Counted from the stretch's first letter, positions 25,315 through 34,310 are shown. The stretch is DNA of 64,000 nt from Gaiellaceae bacterium (GCA_036395295.1 DASWDJ010000195.1:2283-66282), one strand, 5' to 3'. Translations and numbers: made by a program. The notes: generated by a model not told the origin, from the sequence alone.

Positions 25315-27660
25315 GTGAATATCAAGAGACTAATCGGCTTTGGCGGGGCGGTGGTTGCGGCAGTTGCGCTGATCTCGTCTGCGGGAGCAAGCACTGCGGC
25401 GCCGCCGATCACAAAGAAGATCGATCTCTCCACGAGAGGGGCGGTCGTGAAGTACCTGAGCTCGATCCACGTCGATCCGAAGCGCGTCGTGATCCAGCGC
25501 GGGCTGCGGAACTACGCAGGGTCTTCGTGTCCGGGGGCGGGCTGGACCTGCACCTCGACATCTCACCCTGTCGTTCAGGTCGCCTCGACCGCCGGCAGGA
25601 ACGTCTTCCAGTGCGCGAGCTCGAGCTGCGCGGTCGTACAGACCGCGGTCACCGCGCTCGCCACGAACACGGCGAAATGCATCAAGACCACGGGCATCTC
25701 GCAGTCGTGCTCGATCACCCAGACGAGCGCGACCGCGAACAACCAGGCCATCGTGGTCCAGACTGCCACCAAGCTGAGCGGACTGACGCAGAGCGCCTCT
25801 CAAACCGCTCGGATCACCCAGAAGGCGACCGGCGGCTCCGAAGTTGCGAACAGCAACACCGCCTGCGTCCTCCAGACGACCACTATCGAGGGCTCCACCG
25901 TCGCGAAGAGGGGCATGCCGGTAACCGTCACGCTGGACGCACATCAGTCGATCTCGATCGAGCAGGACTCGCTGTTCGGCGGCAACACCGTCAAGAAGGC
26001 GACCGCTGCCGGAGGCGGAACATGCGGCAGCGACACGCTGACGCAAGACCAGTCGATCACGTCCAAAGCGTCCGGCTCGGGGGCGATCACGCAGAAGCAG
26101 AACGCTGCGGCCGGCGGGCCGAACATGCTGCTCGACATCCAGCAGAACCAGAGTTCGGGGTTCCTGGGAACCGCCACAGGTCAGAACACCTCGGCGTTCT
26201 CCCAGACCAGCACCCTGACGGCGGTCGCGACCACGCCGGCCGGGTCCGTCACCCAGACGCAGAGCTCCCTCGCCGGTGGCCTGCAGGCCACCGTGAATCA
26301 GTTCAGCCAGGACAACAACGCGCCGGGCCCGGCAAACACGAGCACGGCGATACAAGACGAGGTCCAGTGTGAGCACGCGCAGGCCTCTGGTCCACAAACG
26401 TGCGACACCCCGAACCCGCCGACATACACCTTTACGCAGACGCAGTACGGGCCGGTGCACTGTTGCTCGGAGCAGGCGAACGACCCTGACGACGTGTTCA
26501 CCATCAACCAGAGCTCGACTCAGGACAACGACCTGGGTCAGGACCAGAACCAGTCGAACAACATGCAGGCCGACTGCAGCACCTCCGGAACCTGCGCGGC
26601 GACCCAGACGACGACTGTCGACGGAACCACCACCACGAACGCGCAGACGGGCTCGGACGTCCATGCCGAGACGAACTGCACTGGGTCGGAGTGCACGACA
26701 AACACGACTAATCCGAACTTCATCTCGAACACCGACGTGGCCGAGTTCGGCTATGGGGGCATGCGAGGAAACGGCATCGGCACGATCACGGTTGCCGGCG
26801 TCAGCGGGGCGGTGACGAAGGCGCTCCTCTTCTGGAACGGCCCCACCAACTCCGCCGACCCGGGCGCCAACGCTGAGGTGACCTTCGCCGGCGCCCCGAT
26901 TACGGGCACGAACATCGGCTTCGCAAGCAGCAACTGTTGGCCCTTCGATAACAGCCAGTCCTACCGCGCCGACGTGACCTCGCTGGTCACCGGCAACGGG
27001 CCGTACAGCCTGGCCGACTTCACCAAGGTCGACGCCGACATCAACGGCGTAGCCCTGATCGTCTTCTACAACGACGTCGACTCGTCGAACGACCGCAACT
27101 TCGTCATGTTCAATGGCAACGACTCGAACGTGGCCAGCACGTTCGACCCCGCGAACTGGGACCAGACCATCGTGGGCGTCCCGTATTCCGGGGGCAGCGC
27201 GAGCCTCGACTTCGTTGTCTCGGATGGACAGACCTACGACGACGAGGACGTCGTGGTGAACGGGACCACCGTCGCGGCTGGCCCCGCCATCTTCCAGGGC
27301 GACTCGACGCCGGCCGGGACCGGGGGCATTGGAAACGGCTCGCTCTGGGACGTCGAGCCGTTCAACATCCCATCGGGGGTGCTCTCGCCTGGCTCGAACA
27401 ACCTCCACCTGACGAGCGCCGAACCAGCGGGCGGGGAAGATTGCCTGTCGCTCGTTGTCGCCGCGGCAAACGTGCCCGCGTCGTCGGGTCCCGTCATCCT
27501 GTCGCCTCTGGCCGCTGTCCAGCAGCGGTCGCAGGCGACGCAAATCCAGTCAACTCCCGCTCGATCTCCGCGACCAGCGCTCGCGCCCCCATCGGCGCAA
27601 GGATCTCGTGCGCTCGGTGGAACTGCGTCTTCGCCTCTTCGTCGCGCCCGAAGCGGCTAA
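25315..27660 (+). CDS. secreted protein: signal peptide, about 380-aa Q/T/S/N-rich curlin-like repeat region, about 255-aa beta-rich C-terminal domain
   Basis: GTG start with GAGGGAGGG upstream. Signal peptide MNIKRLIGFGGAVVAAVALISSAGA. Repeats are of the form [ILV]xQ...NxAx[ILV]xQ. The last ~55 codons run antisense into the neighbouring gene. Confidence 0.8.
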   Translation: MNIKRLIGFGGAVVAAVALISSAGASTAAPPITKKIDLSTRGAVVKYLSSIHVDPKRVVIQRGLRNYAGSSCPGAGWTCTSTSHPVVQVASTAGRNVFQCASSSCAVVQTAVTALATNTAKCIKTTGISQSCSITQTSATANNQAIVVQTATKLSGLTQSASQTARITQKATGGSEVANSNTACVLQTTTIEGSTVAKRGMPVTVTLDAHQSISIEQDSLFGGNTVKKATAAGGGTCGSDTLTQDQSITSKASGSGAITQKQNAAAGGPNMLLDIQQNQSSGFLGTATGQNTSAFSQTSTLTAVATTPAGSVTQTQSSLAGGLQATVNQFSQDNNAPGPANTSTAIQDEVQCEHAQASGPQTCDTPNPPTYTFTQTQYGPVHCCSEQANDPDDVFTINQSSTQDNDLGQDQNQSNNMQADCSTSGTCAATQTTTVDGTTTTNAQTGSDVHAETNCTGSECTTNTTNPNFISNTDVAEFGYGGMRGNGIGTITVAGVSGAVTKALLFWNGPTNSADPGANAEVTFAGAPITGTNIGFASSNCWPFDNSQSYRADVTSLVTGNGPYSLADFTKVDADINGVALIVFYNDVDSSNDRNFVMFNGNDSNVASTFDPANWDQTIVGVPYSGGSASLDFVVSDGQTYDDEDVVVNGTTVAAGPAIFQGDSTPAGTGGIGNGSLWDVEPFNIPSGVLSPGSNNLHLTSAEPAGGEDCLSLVVAAANVPASSGPVILSPLAAVQQRSQATQIQSTPARSPRPALAPPSAQGSRALGGTASSPLRRARSG

Positions 27661-30600
27661 GTGCGCGCCCGAAGGCCATCCGGCCTTCGGCAAGATCGAT
27701 GAGCAGGCGCTGCTCCTCAAGGAGGAGCAGCGCCTGCGGGTAGCGGCTCAGAGCGGCGTCGCGGTCTCCGTCGGCGACCGCGACGCTCGCCTCCGCGAGG
27801 AGCAGGGCGGCGCGCGCGTAGACGTCCTCTTCCGGCACGTTCCGGGCGGCGAACTCGGCCAGCTCCCGCGCTTCCCCCACCCGTTCCTGACGGACGAGGC
27901 TCTCGACCAGCAGCCGGTAGATCTCGAGGACGAGCCAGCCCCCGGACTCGAGGGCGAGAGGAACCGCGGCCTTGAGCCTCTCCTCGGCCTCCTCCAAGTC
28001 GTCCGCAGCCAGCGCGTAAAGGGCCAGCGCGCGCAGGTTCTGGACCTGGAAGTAGTTGTCCGCCATGCGTTCGAGCCAATCGAGCGCCTGTAGGGAAAGG
28101 CGCCGTGCCTCGGCCGGCTCGCCGCGGTAGTGCTTCGCCACAGCGAGCATGAACGTCACCCGCGCCTCGTCCCTGTGGCTGCCCATGTCGCGGGCCAGGC
28201 GCGCGCAACGCGCGAGGTGCTCTTCCGACTCTCCGAGCTTGCCGAGATTGAAGAGGAGGAAGCCGAGCCGCATGTGCCCCTCGATGCGGAGCGCGAGGTC
28301 ATCGAGCTCCTCGGCGATCGCCAAGCCGCTCCTGAGATCCTCGATCGTCTCCCGGTCTCCTCCTTCGAACCAGGCGCGCAGAACCGCTGACTCGTACCGG
28401 GCCCGGATCTCGAGCACGGGATCGCCGATCCGGGTGGCGATCGACTGCGCCTCCACGATGTGCTCGCGCCCCTCGGACGCGCGCCCCTGCTTGGAATCGA
28501 TGTTTGCGAGCGCAATCAGGGCGGCACAGCGCAGGTCCAGGCGACCGGCTGCCAGCGTCTCGTCCGCGAGCCGCACGAGTTGCTCACTCGCTCGACGCAG
28601 CTCGCCGAGCGAGGTGAGCGATCTGGAGTGCTTGAGCCGTAGCTCGAGCTCCCGTTCCGGCTCCTCCACGACATCGAGCGCGCGAGAGTAGAAACGCTCG
28701 GCTTCGCGGTGACCCTCGCGCCGCTCCGACTTCTCGGCCGCCCGGATCAGCGCGTCGACCGCGTCGGCGATCGGCGGCGGCTCAGGTGGACGCGCGACGG
28801 CGCGGGCGAAGAGGCAGGCCTGCTCGAGGTGGTAGGCGACGATCTCGACGAGCTCGTCCTCGCCGCCCGGCAGTCCCTGAGTCCAGGTGGCGAAGCGGGC
28901 GTGTAGACGCGCGCGCTCGCCCTTCGGCACACGGCCGTAGGCGACGTCGCGGATCAGGACGTGCTTGAAGGCGTATTCGTTCTCGCCGGCCACGGTCGAG
29001 CTTCGGTTCGCCCGAACCAGGTCGCGGCGCTCGAGCTCGGAGAGGCCGGGAGCGAGGGCGCCGTTGGCGCCGAGGTGGGCGACTGCGCCCGGCCAGAAAA
29101 CCGTTCCTATGACGGAAGCCTGTTGCGCGACGCGCTTGCCGCTGGGAGCCAGCTGGTCGAGGCGCGAGCCGATCAGGGCCTGGAGGCTGGTCGGCACGGG
29201 AAGCGAGCCGGCGTCGCCGTCGCCGAGCGCGCCCGCGTCGCTGAGCATGCTGACGGTCTCCTCGATGAAGAGCGGGTTGCCGCCTGCGTTCTCGAGCACG
29301 CGCGCGGCCACCTCGGGAGGAAGGCCCTTCTCGCGCAGCAGCTCGGCGAGCAGCGCCTCGCTCGCACCGGCGCCGAGCGCCTCGAGCTCGATCGTGCGCC
29401 GGTGGGTGCCGTCGGCGAAGAGCGCCGGCCACGCCTCGGGCGCCTCGGGCCGGGCCGAGCACAGCAGCAGCATCGGCGACCCCTCGCTGCCCACGAGCAG
29501 CGTCCCTACCAGCTCAATCAGCGTCGGCTCCGCCCAGTGGAGGTCCTCGAGCACGAGGACCAGCGGCCGCCGGGCTGCGACCAGCTCCAGCACGCGCCTG
29601 ATGCCCCAGTGGAGCTCCGCCTGGCCCATCTCCTCCGCCGAGTAGGTTCCCTGCGGGGTCGTCGCGACCCCGATCAGGTTCGCGAGCGCGGCCGCCATCG
29701 TCCGCAGCTCGTCACGGTCTTCCGTCGCGAGGCCGCTCAGGAGCTCGCCGAGCTTGGCCGAGGTCGCGTTCTCGTCGTCGTCATGCGTGATCCTGGCGGC
29801 CTGCTTCAAGACCTCGACGATCGGCCAGTACGTGATGCCCTCGCCGTAGGAGAGGCACCGCCCCCACAGGACGTCGCAGCGCTCCTCCAGGCGAGCGGCG
29901 GTCTCGGCGATGAGCCGGCTCTTGCCGATTCCGGGCCCGCCGACGACCGCGGCGAATCCCGGGCGGCGTTCCTGCTCGATCAGCTCCCAGACTCCCCAGA
30001 TCTCCTCGAGCTCGCGCTCGCGGCCGACCAGAGGCGCCGCGGCGGTTGCGACGTAGCGCTCGCCCTCCCGTACGCCAACGACCTCCCAGACCTGGACCGG
30101 CTCCGCCTTGCCTTTCGCTTCGATCGCCTCGTGATCTCGGTACTCGATCACTCCACGCGTGGCGTTGTAGGTCTCCTGGCCGACGAGGATCCCGTCGGTC
30201 GGCGCGGAGCTCTGGAGCCGAGCTGCGGTGTTCATCACGTCGCCGGCAGCAGTCCACTCGCCCTGGTCCGGTCTGGCCTCGAGCATCACGAGCGCCTCGC
30301 CGGTATGAACGCCGATCCGGATGTGGAGGTCGAGCCACGCGTCATTCGCGTTGAGGTCGGCGACGCCCTCTTTGATCGCCAGCGCTGCGCGCACCGCGCG
30401 CACCGGATCGTCCTCGTATGCGACCGGCGCCCCGAAGATCGCGAGCACGGCGTCGCCGACGAACTTCTCGACCCGGCCCCCGAAGCGCTCGAGCTCGGCG
30501 CCGGCCCGGGCGTGGTAGGGCGCCAGCATCGACTTCACGTCCTCGGGGTCGAGCTGCTCGGCGCGGGCGGTCGAACCGACGACGTCGACGAAGAGAACGG

Positions 30601-30733
30601 TCACGAGCTTCCGCTCCTCGCTCGGGCCCGCGGGGGCGGGCGGCTCGGCAGCCTCCGCGACCGGCGACCCGCAGGCTAGGCAGAACTGCGCCTCCTCGGG
30701 GTTCTCCTTCCCACAGCTCGGGCAAACGATCAT
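27494..30733 (-). CDS. zinc-ribbon + class III adenylate/guanylate cyclase + AAA (STAND-type P-loop) + TPR multidomain regulator
   Basis: 1079 aa. Contains CPSCGKENPEEAQFCLACG, VTVLFVDVVGSTARAE...KFVGDAVLAIFGAP...GVHTGEALV...GDVMNTAARL, the P-loop GGPGIGKSRL, and a long C-terminal TPR array. Confidence 0.9.
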   Translation of the reverse strand: MIVCPSCGKENPEEAQFCLACGSPVAEAAEPPAPAGPSEERKLVTVLFVDVVGSTARAEQLDPEDVKSMLAPYHARAGAELERFGGRVEKFVGDAVLAIFGAPVAYEDDPVRAVRAALAIKEGVADLNANDAWLDLHIRIGVHTGEALVMLEARPDQGEWTAAGDVMNTAARLQSSAPTDGILVGQETYNATRGVIEYRDHEAIEAKGKAEPVQVWEVVGVREGERYVATAAAPLVGRERELEEIWGVWELIEQERRPGFAAVVGGPGIGKSRLIAETAARLEERCDVLWGRCLSYGEGITYWPIVEVLKQAARITHDDDENATSAKLGELLSGLATEDRDELRTMAAALANLIGVATTPQGTYSAEEMGQAELHWGIRRVLELVAARRPLVLVLEDLHWAEPTLIELVGTLLVGSEGSPMLLLCSARPEAPEAWPALFADGTHRRTIELEALGAGASEALLAELLREKGLPPEVAARVLENAGGNPLFIEETVSMLSDAGALGDGDAGSLPVPTSLQALIGSRLDQLAPSGKRVAQQASVIGTVFWPGAVAHLGANGALAPGLSELERRDLVRANRSSTVAGENEYAFKHVLIRDVAYGRVPKGERARLHARFATWTQGLPGGEDELVEIVAYHLEQACLFARAVARPPEPPPIADAVDALIRAAEKSERREGHREAERFYSRALDVVEEPERELELRLKHSRSLTSLGELRRASEQLVRLADETLAAGRLDLRCAALIALANIDSKQGRASEGREHIVEAQSIATRIGDPVLEIRARYESAVLRAWFEGGDRETIEDLRSGLAIAEELDDLALRIEGHMRLGFLLFNLGKLGESEEHLARCARLARDMGSHRDEARVTFMLAVAKHYRGEPAEARRLSLQALDWLERMADNYFQVQNLRALALYALAADDLEEAEERLKAAVPLALESGGWLVLEIYRLLVESLVRQERVGEARELAEFAARNVPEEDVYARAALLLAEASVAVADGDRDAALSRYPQALLLLEEQRLLIDLAEGRMAFGRALSRFGRDEEAKTQFHRAHEILAPMGARALVAEIERELTGFASPATAAGQRPEATG

Positions 30734-31250
30734 ACCGTCGAGTGTAGGGCCCGTGCAGGGTAAATACAGCCTCGCGTGGCTGACAAGGACGTCCAGCGAG
30801 GTGCCGCGGCGATCCGGCGTCAGCTACCGCCCTTCGTCAAGATGTTCATGCAGTCCTGCCCCGCCGTGCGCGAACGGGTGAGTGGTCTCAAGCCCAAGAC
30901 GAAGGGCCGTCTGCTGCTGGACGAGCTGGTTGAAAACGCCAATCTGCCAGAGAGCTTCGTTCTCCGCGAAGACAGTCCCTCAGAGATGAGATCGCCAGGT
31001 GGGAACTCGTAAGTAAGGCTTCAGGGGCTCGGTCGGCACAACGAATACCTCCGATCGCCGCCCAGCTTGTCGGCGATCAGGCCCGCCCCAAGGTGTCCGG
31101 CCTCCTCGACGTCGCGCCGCGGCTTTTCGAGCGTGCTTGCTTGGCCCCGCGGCGCCTACCCTTTCCGCCGATGAAACCCCCTATAAACAGGACATTTCTC
31201 TATGTTTCAGGGCTCACGGAGAGCGTTCGCCGGAGCCTCGCCTGGGCGAA

Positions 31251-31321
31251 GTGTCCACGGCACGTATCCACCGGGTGTCCAGCGGCGGGTGTCCACCGAG
31301 ATAGACTCCCCAGGGTGTCCA
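31251..31321 (+). promoter_or_regulatory. five direct copies of GT[G/A]TCCA[C/G] (iteron / DnaA-box-like cluster)
   Basis: Copies start at 31251, 31264, 31275, 31289 and 31315, all on the same strand. A 40-bp AT-rich patch (31171-31210) lies just upstream. No convincing ORF covers the region. Confidence 0.45.
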
Positions 31322-31908
31322 GCGAGCTTCGAGACCCCAAGCAGACGGCCTCGGAGGCGCCCGGCGCCGCCTCGGATACGCGAGAACTGCGCCTCGGCGA
31401 AGACGATCTTCGGCCGGCTCGATCCCTGGCCGGCAGCGCGCGCCGAGCCCTGATTGTCCGCGGCGGAAGCGCTTATGGGCACTGAGCGCCGCCTGCCAGT
31501 CTAGGGCGCCGAAGTCCTCGCCGAAAACCGCGCCGGCGCATCGCAGCGCGCTCTCGCGCAACCTCGACATCCGCGTGCGCCTCGAACACGAAGCGCTGAA
31601 CTCGGCCGACGGCCGCTCCCGGATCGCCGCCCTGAAGGAGCTTCGCCTGCTCGACGAACACGAGCAGGCCGAGCGCACGCAGGGCCGCGAACACCGATTC
31701 CTCCACGGAACGATCGTGCTCGAACCCGCGGACCGAAACGGCGAGCGCTGGAATCTCTTGCTGCGACAGCAGGACGGCTGGAGGCCCTCGGAGGGCTCCT
31801 TTTCCTGCCCAAGCAGGCGTGGGGCCTGGTCGCGCTCGCGCTCGGGCTCGCGGACCTGAGGGACGTCTAACCCACAACGCGCGGAAGCAAGGCGGTCGAA
31901 GCCGCGGC

Positions 31909-32887
31909 GTCACAACCACCGCTGGCTTGGCAGTCGATCGAGATGTCGCACAGCTCGCCGCGCTGGAGTGGCGCGGGGCCGCTCTAGGCACCAACGTCGA
32001 ATGGTTCATCCAGGCGGTCGACGGCTCCGGCAACGTCGCGGTCACGAGCAACAAGGCCTTCATCGAATCGGTCGTGCCGGAGCAGCCGACCGGCAACATT
32101 CACGCGGACGCGACCGGCCCCGCAGACGAACGGGTGGTACACGGACAGCGTCAACGTGACGATCAGCGGCGCGCCCGGCATCAGCTACAGCCTCGACGGA
32201 GACCGGTTCACCAGCCTCGACGGAGACTTGTCCACCCCCGGCACGCAGCTGGTCGTCAACGGCACTGGCGTCCACTCCTTGGACTTCCGGGGCAGTGACG
32301 GCTCCCACGGCTCGCTCGCGGTGCCGATCGACGTGTCGGATCCGACCGTGTTGGTAAGCCCGACGTACAGCTTCGGCTCGGTCGCCCGTGCGCTCTGCGC
32401 CGACGCCGGCTCGGGCATCGCGTCCTGCAGTACGGTTCCCGACCCCCTCGACACGAGCTCAGCCGGGCCGAAGACCGTCCATGTACGCGCCGTGGATCGA
32501 GTCGGCCGCGAGTTCGAAGGCGATCTGCCCTACAGCGTGACGTCTTATTCGTTCACCGGCTTCTTCTCCCCGATCGCCAACCTGCCGACCGTGAACATCG
32601 CCAACGCAGGCAGCAGCGTTCCGATCAAGTTCAGTCTGGCCGGTTTTCGAACCTTCAACCTGTTTGCCCAGGGCTATCCGGCCTCGCAGGCGATGACCTG
32701 TGGCGGCGCCGTGACCGGCTCGCCCCAGCCGACGACGCTCGGCCCGGAGGGATTCACCTACGACCCGCTACTGGATCAGTACAAGTACGTCTGGAAGACG
32801 GATCGCAGGTGGATGGGCACGTGCCGCCAACTGATGGTGCGGCTACAAGACGGCACGGAGAAGCGCGCCAACTTCCGGTTCCAGTAA
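31909..32887 (+). pseudogene. 5'-truncated, frameshifted remnant of a large surface protein (OmpL47-like GWYT domain plus C-terminal PxKF domain)
   Basis: Frame 1 reads ..NVEWFIQAVDGSGNVAVTSNKAFIESVVPEQPTGNIHADATGP. It shifts near 32120 (C4 run) to QTNGWYTDSVNVTISGAPGISYSLDGD... and ends with FFSPIANLPTVNIANAGSSVPIKFSL...YKYVWKTDRRWMGTCRQLMVRLQDGTEKRANFRFQ. No signal peptide or N-terminus is present. The tracked ORF 32156-32887 is the intact 3' part. Confidence 0.6.
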
Positions 32888-32894
32888 GAGGGGA

Positions 32895-34310
32895 TCAGCC
32901 GACCGGCGCCGCGGCCGGATGCCGCAGCTCCTCGCCGAAGCGCGCGCGGCGGATGAACTCACCGATTCCGGGCTGCGCAACGAGCTGGTCGCCCTCGACC
33001 AGCACTCGGCCTCGCAGGAGAACGATTTCGGGCGCGCCCGTGACTTCGGTGCCCTCGAAGAGGTTGTAGTCGCTCTTCGAGTGGTGCGCCGCGGCTGAGA
33101 TCGTCATCTTGCGTTCCGGGTCGAAGACGACGATGTCGGCGTCCGAGCCGACGGCGATCGTACCCTTGCGCGGGTAGAGGCCGAAGTAGCGCGCCGGGTT
33201 CGTCGAGAGCAGCTCAACCATCCGGTTCAGCGAGATCCGGCCGGCGCGCACGCCGTGCTCGTGGATCATCTGCAGCCGGTTCTCGAGGCCGGGCGCGCCG
33301 TTCGGGATCTTCGAGAAGTCGTCCTTGCCGAGCATTTTCTGGCCGTCCCAGAGGAATGCGCAGTGGTCGGTCGAGATCACGGACAGCACATCGTTCTCCA
33401 CCGCCCGCCAGAGCACCTCCTGGTTCTCCTTCGCCCGCGGCGGAGGCGTGTATACGTACTTCGCGCCCTCGAAGTCGGGCCGCTCCAGGTAGCTCTCGTC
33501 GATGAAGAAGTACTGCGTGCACGTCTCGCCCCACACGTCCCAGCCCTTCGCGCGCGCGAGCTCGATCGGCTCGACCGACTCCTGGCACGAGACGTGGACG
33601 ACGTAGAGCTTGCAGCCGGCGACGCGCGCGAGCTGGATCGCCCGGTTCGTCGCCTCGCCCTCGGTCTCCGGCGGACGCGTGAGCGCGTGGTAGCGCGGCT
33701 CCGTCTTCCCTTCGGCCAGCGCCTGCTTCACCAGGACGTCGATCGCGTCGCCGTTCTCGGCGTGCACCATCACGAGCGCGCCGGTCTCGGCGGCCACCTG
33801 CATGACCTTGAAGAGCGTCTCGTCGTCGACCATCAGCGCGCCCTTGTAGGCCATGAAGAGCTTGTACGAGGTGATTCCCTCGTCCGGCAGCGACGCGAGC
33901 TCCTCGAGCGTGCCGCCCTCCTTCAAGTCGGTGACCGCCATGTGGTAGCCCATGTCGATCACCTGCTTGCCGTTCGCCTTCGCCTTCCATTCGTCGAAGG
34001 CGGCGGAGAACGACATGCCCTGCGGCTGAATGATGAAGTCGACGTGGCAGGTCGTCCCGCCGAAGGCCGCGGAGATCTGCCCCGACTCGACGTCGTCGAT
34101 CGTGACCGTGCCGCCGAAGGGCATGTCGAGATGCGTGTGCGGATCGACGCCGCCGGGGAGCACGTACTTCCCGGTCGCATCGATGACCTTGTCCGCCGGC
34201 TGGTCCAGCGACTCGCCGATCAGCGTCACCGTCTCGTCCTCGACGTAGAGGTCGGCGACGTAGTCGTCGGCGGCGGTGACGATTCGTCCGCCTTTGATCA
34301 GTACGGACAT
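32895..34310 (-). CDS. dihydropyrimidinase / D-hydantoinase
   Basis: 471 aa from the ATG at 34310 (MSVLIKGGRIV). Metal-binding GGVDPHTHLDMPFGG and the carbamylated-lysine region SYKLFMAYKG are present. Confidence 0.9.
   Translation of the reverse strand: MSVLIKGGRIVTAADDYVADLYVEDETVTLIGESLDQPADKVIDATGKYVLPGGVDPHTHLDMPFGGTVTIDDVESGQISAAFGGTTCHVDFIIQPQGMSFSAAFDEWKAKANGKQVIDMGYHMAVTDLKEGGTLEELASLPDEGITSYKLFMAYKGALMVDDETLFKVMQVAAETGALVMVHAENGDAIDVLVKQALAEGKTEPRYHALTRPPETEGEATNRAIQLARVAGCKLYVVHVSCQESVEPIELARAKGWDVWGETCTQYFFIDESYLERPDFEGAKYVYTPPPRAKENQEVLWRAVENDVLSVISTDHCAFLWDGQKMLGKDDFSKIPNGAPGLENRLQMIHEHGVRAGRISLNRMVELLSTNPARYFGLYPRKGTIAVGSDADIVVFDPERKMTISAAAHHSKSDYNLFEGTEVTGAPEIVLLRGRVLVEGDQLVAQPGIGEFIRRARFGEELRHPAAAPVG

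Noticed and set aside
25315-27490. The lower overall GC of the secreted repeat protein gene as evidence for a horizontally acquired island.
   Set aside because: Third codon positions remain overwhelmingly G/C, which is host-like codon usage. The GC dip is explained by the Thr/Gln/Asn/Ser-rich amino-acid composition. No integrase, tRNA or direct repeats flank the gene.
27494-30733. The STAND-type cyclase/AAA/TPR protein as an Avs-like antiphage sensor.
   Set aside because: The zinc-ribbon plus class III cyclase plus AAA plus TPR architecture is a widespread actinobacterial signalling family. No nuclease, TIR or other effector domain, and no defence-island neighbours, are visible.
30776-31012. 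A 78-aa ORF (MADKDVQRGAAAIRRQLPPFVKMF...) and other short ORFs in the 30.7-31.9 kb scar.
   Set aside because: They have no RBS and no recognisable motif, and their codon bias decays along the ORF. They are more likely gene fragments than functional genes, so I did not list them as features.
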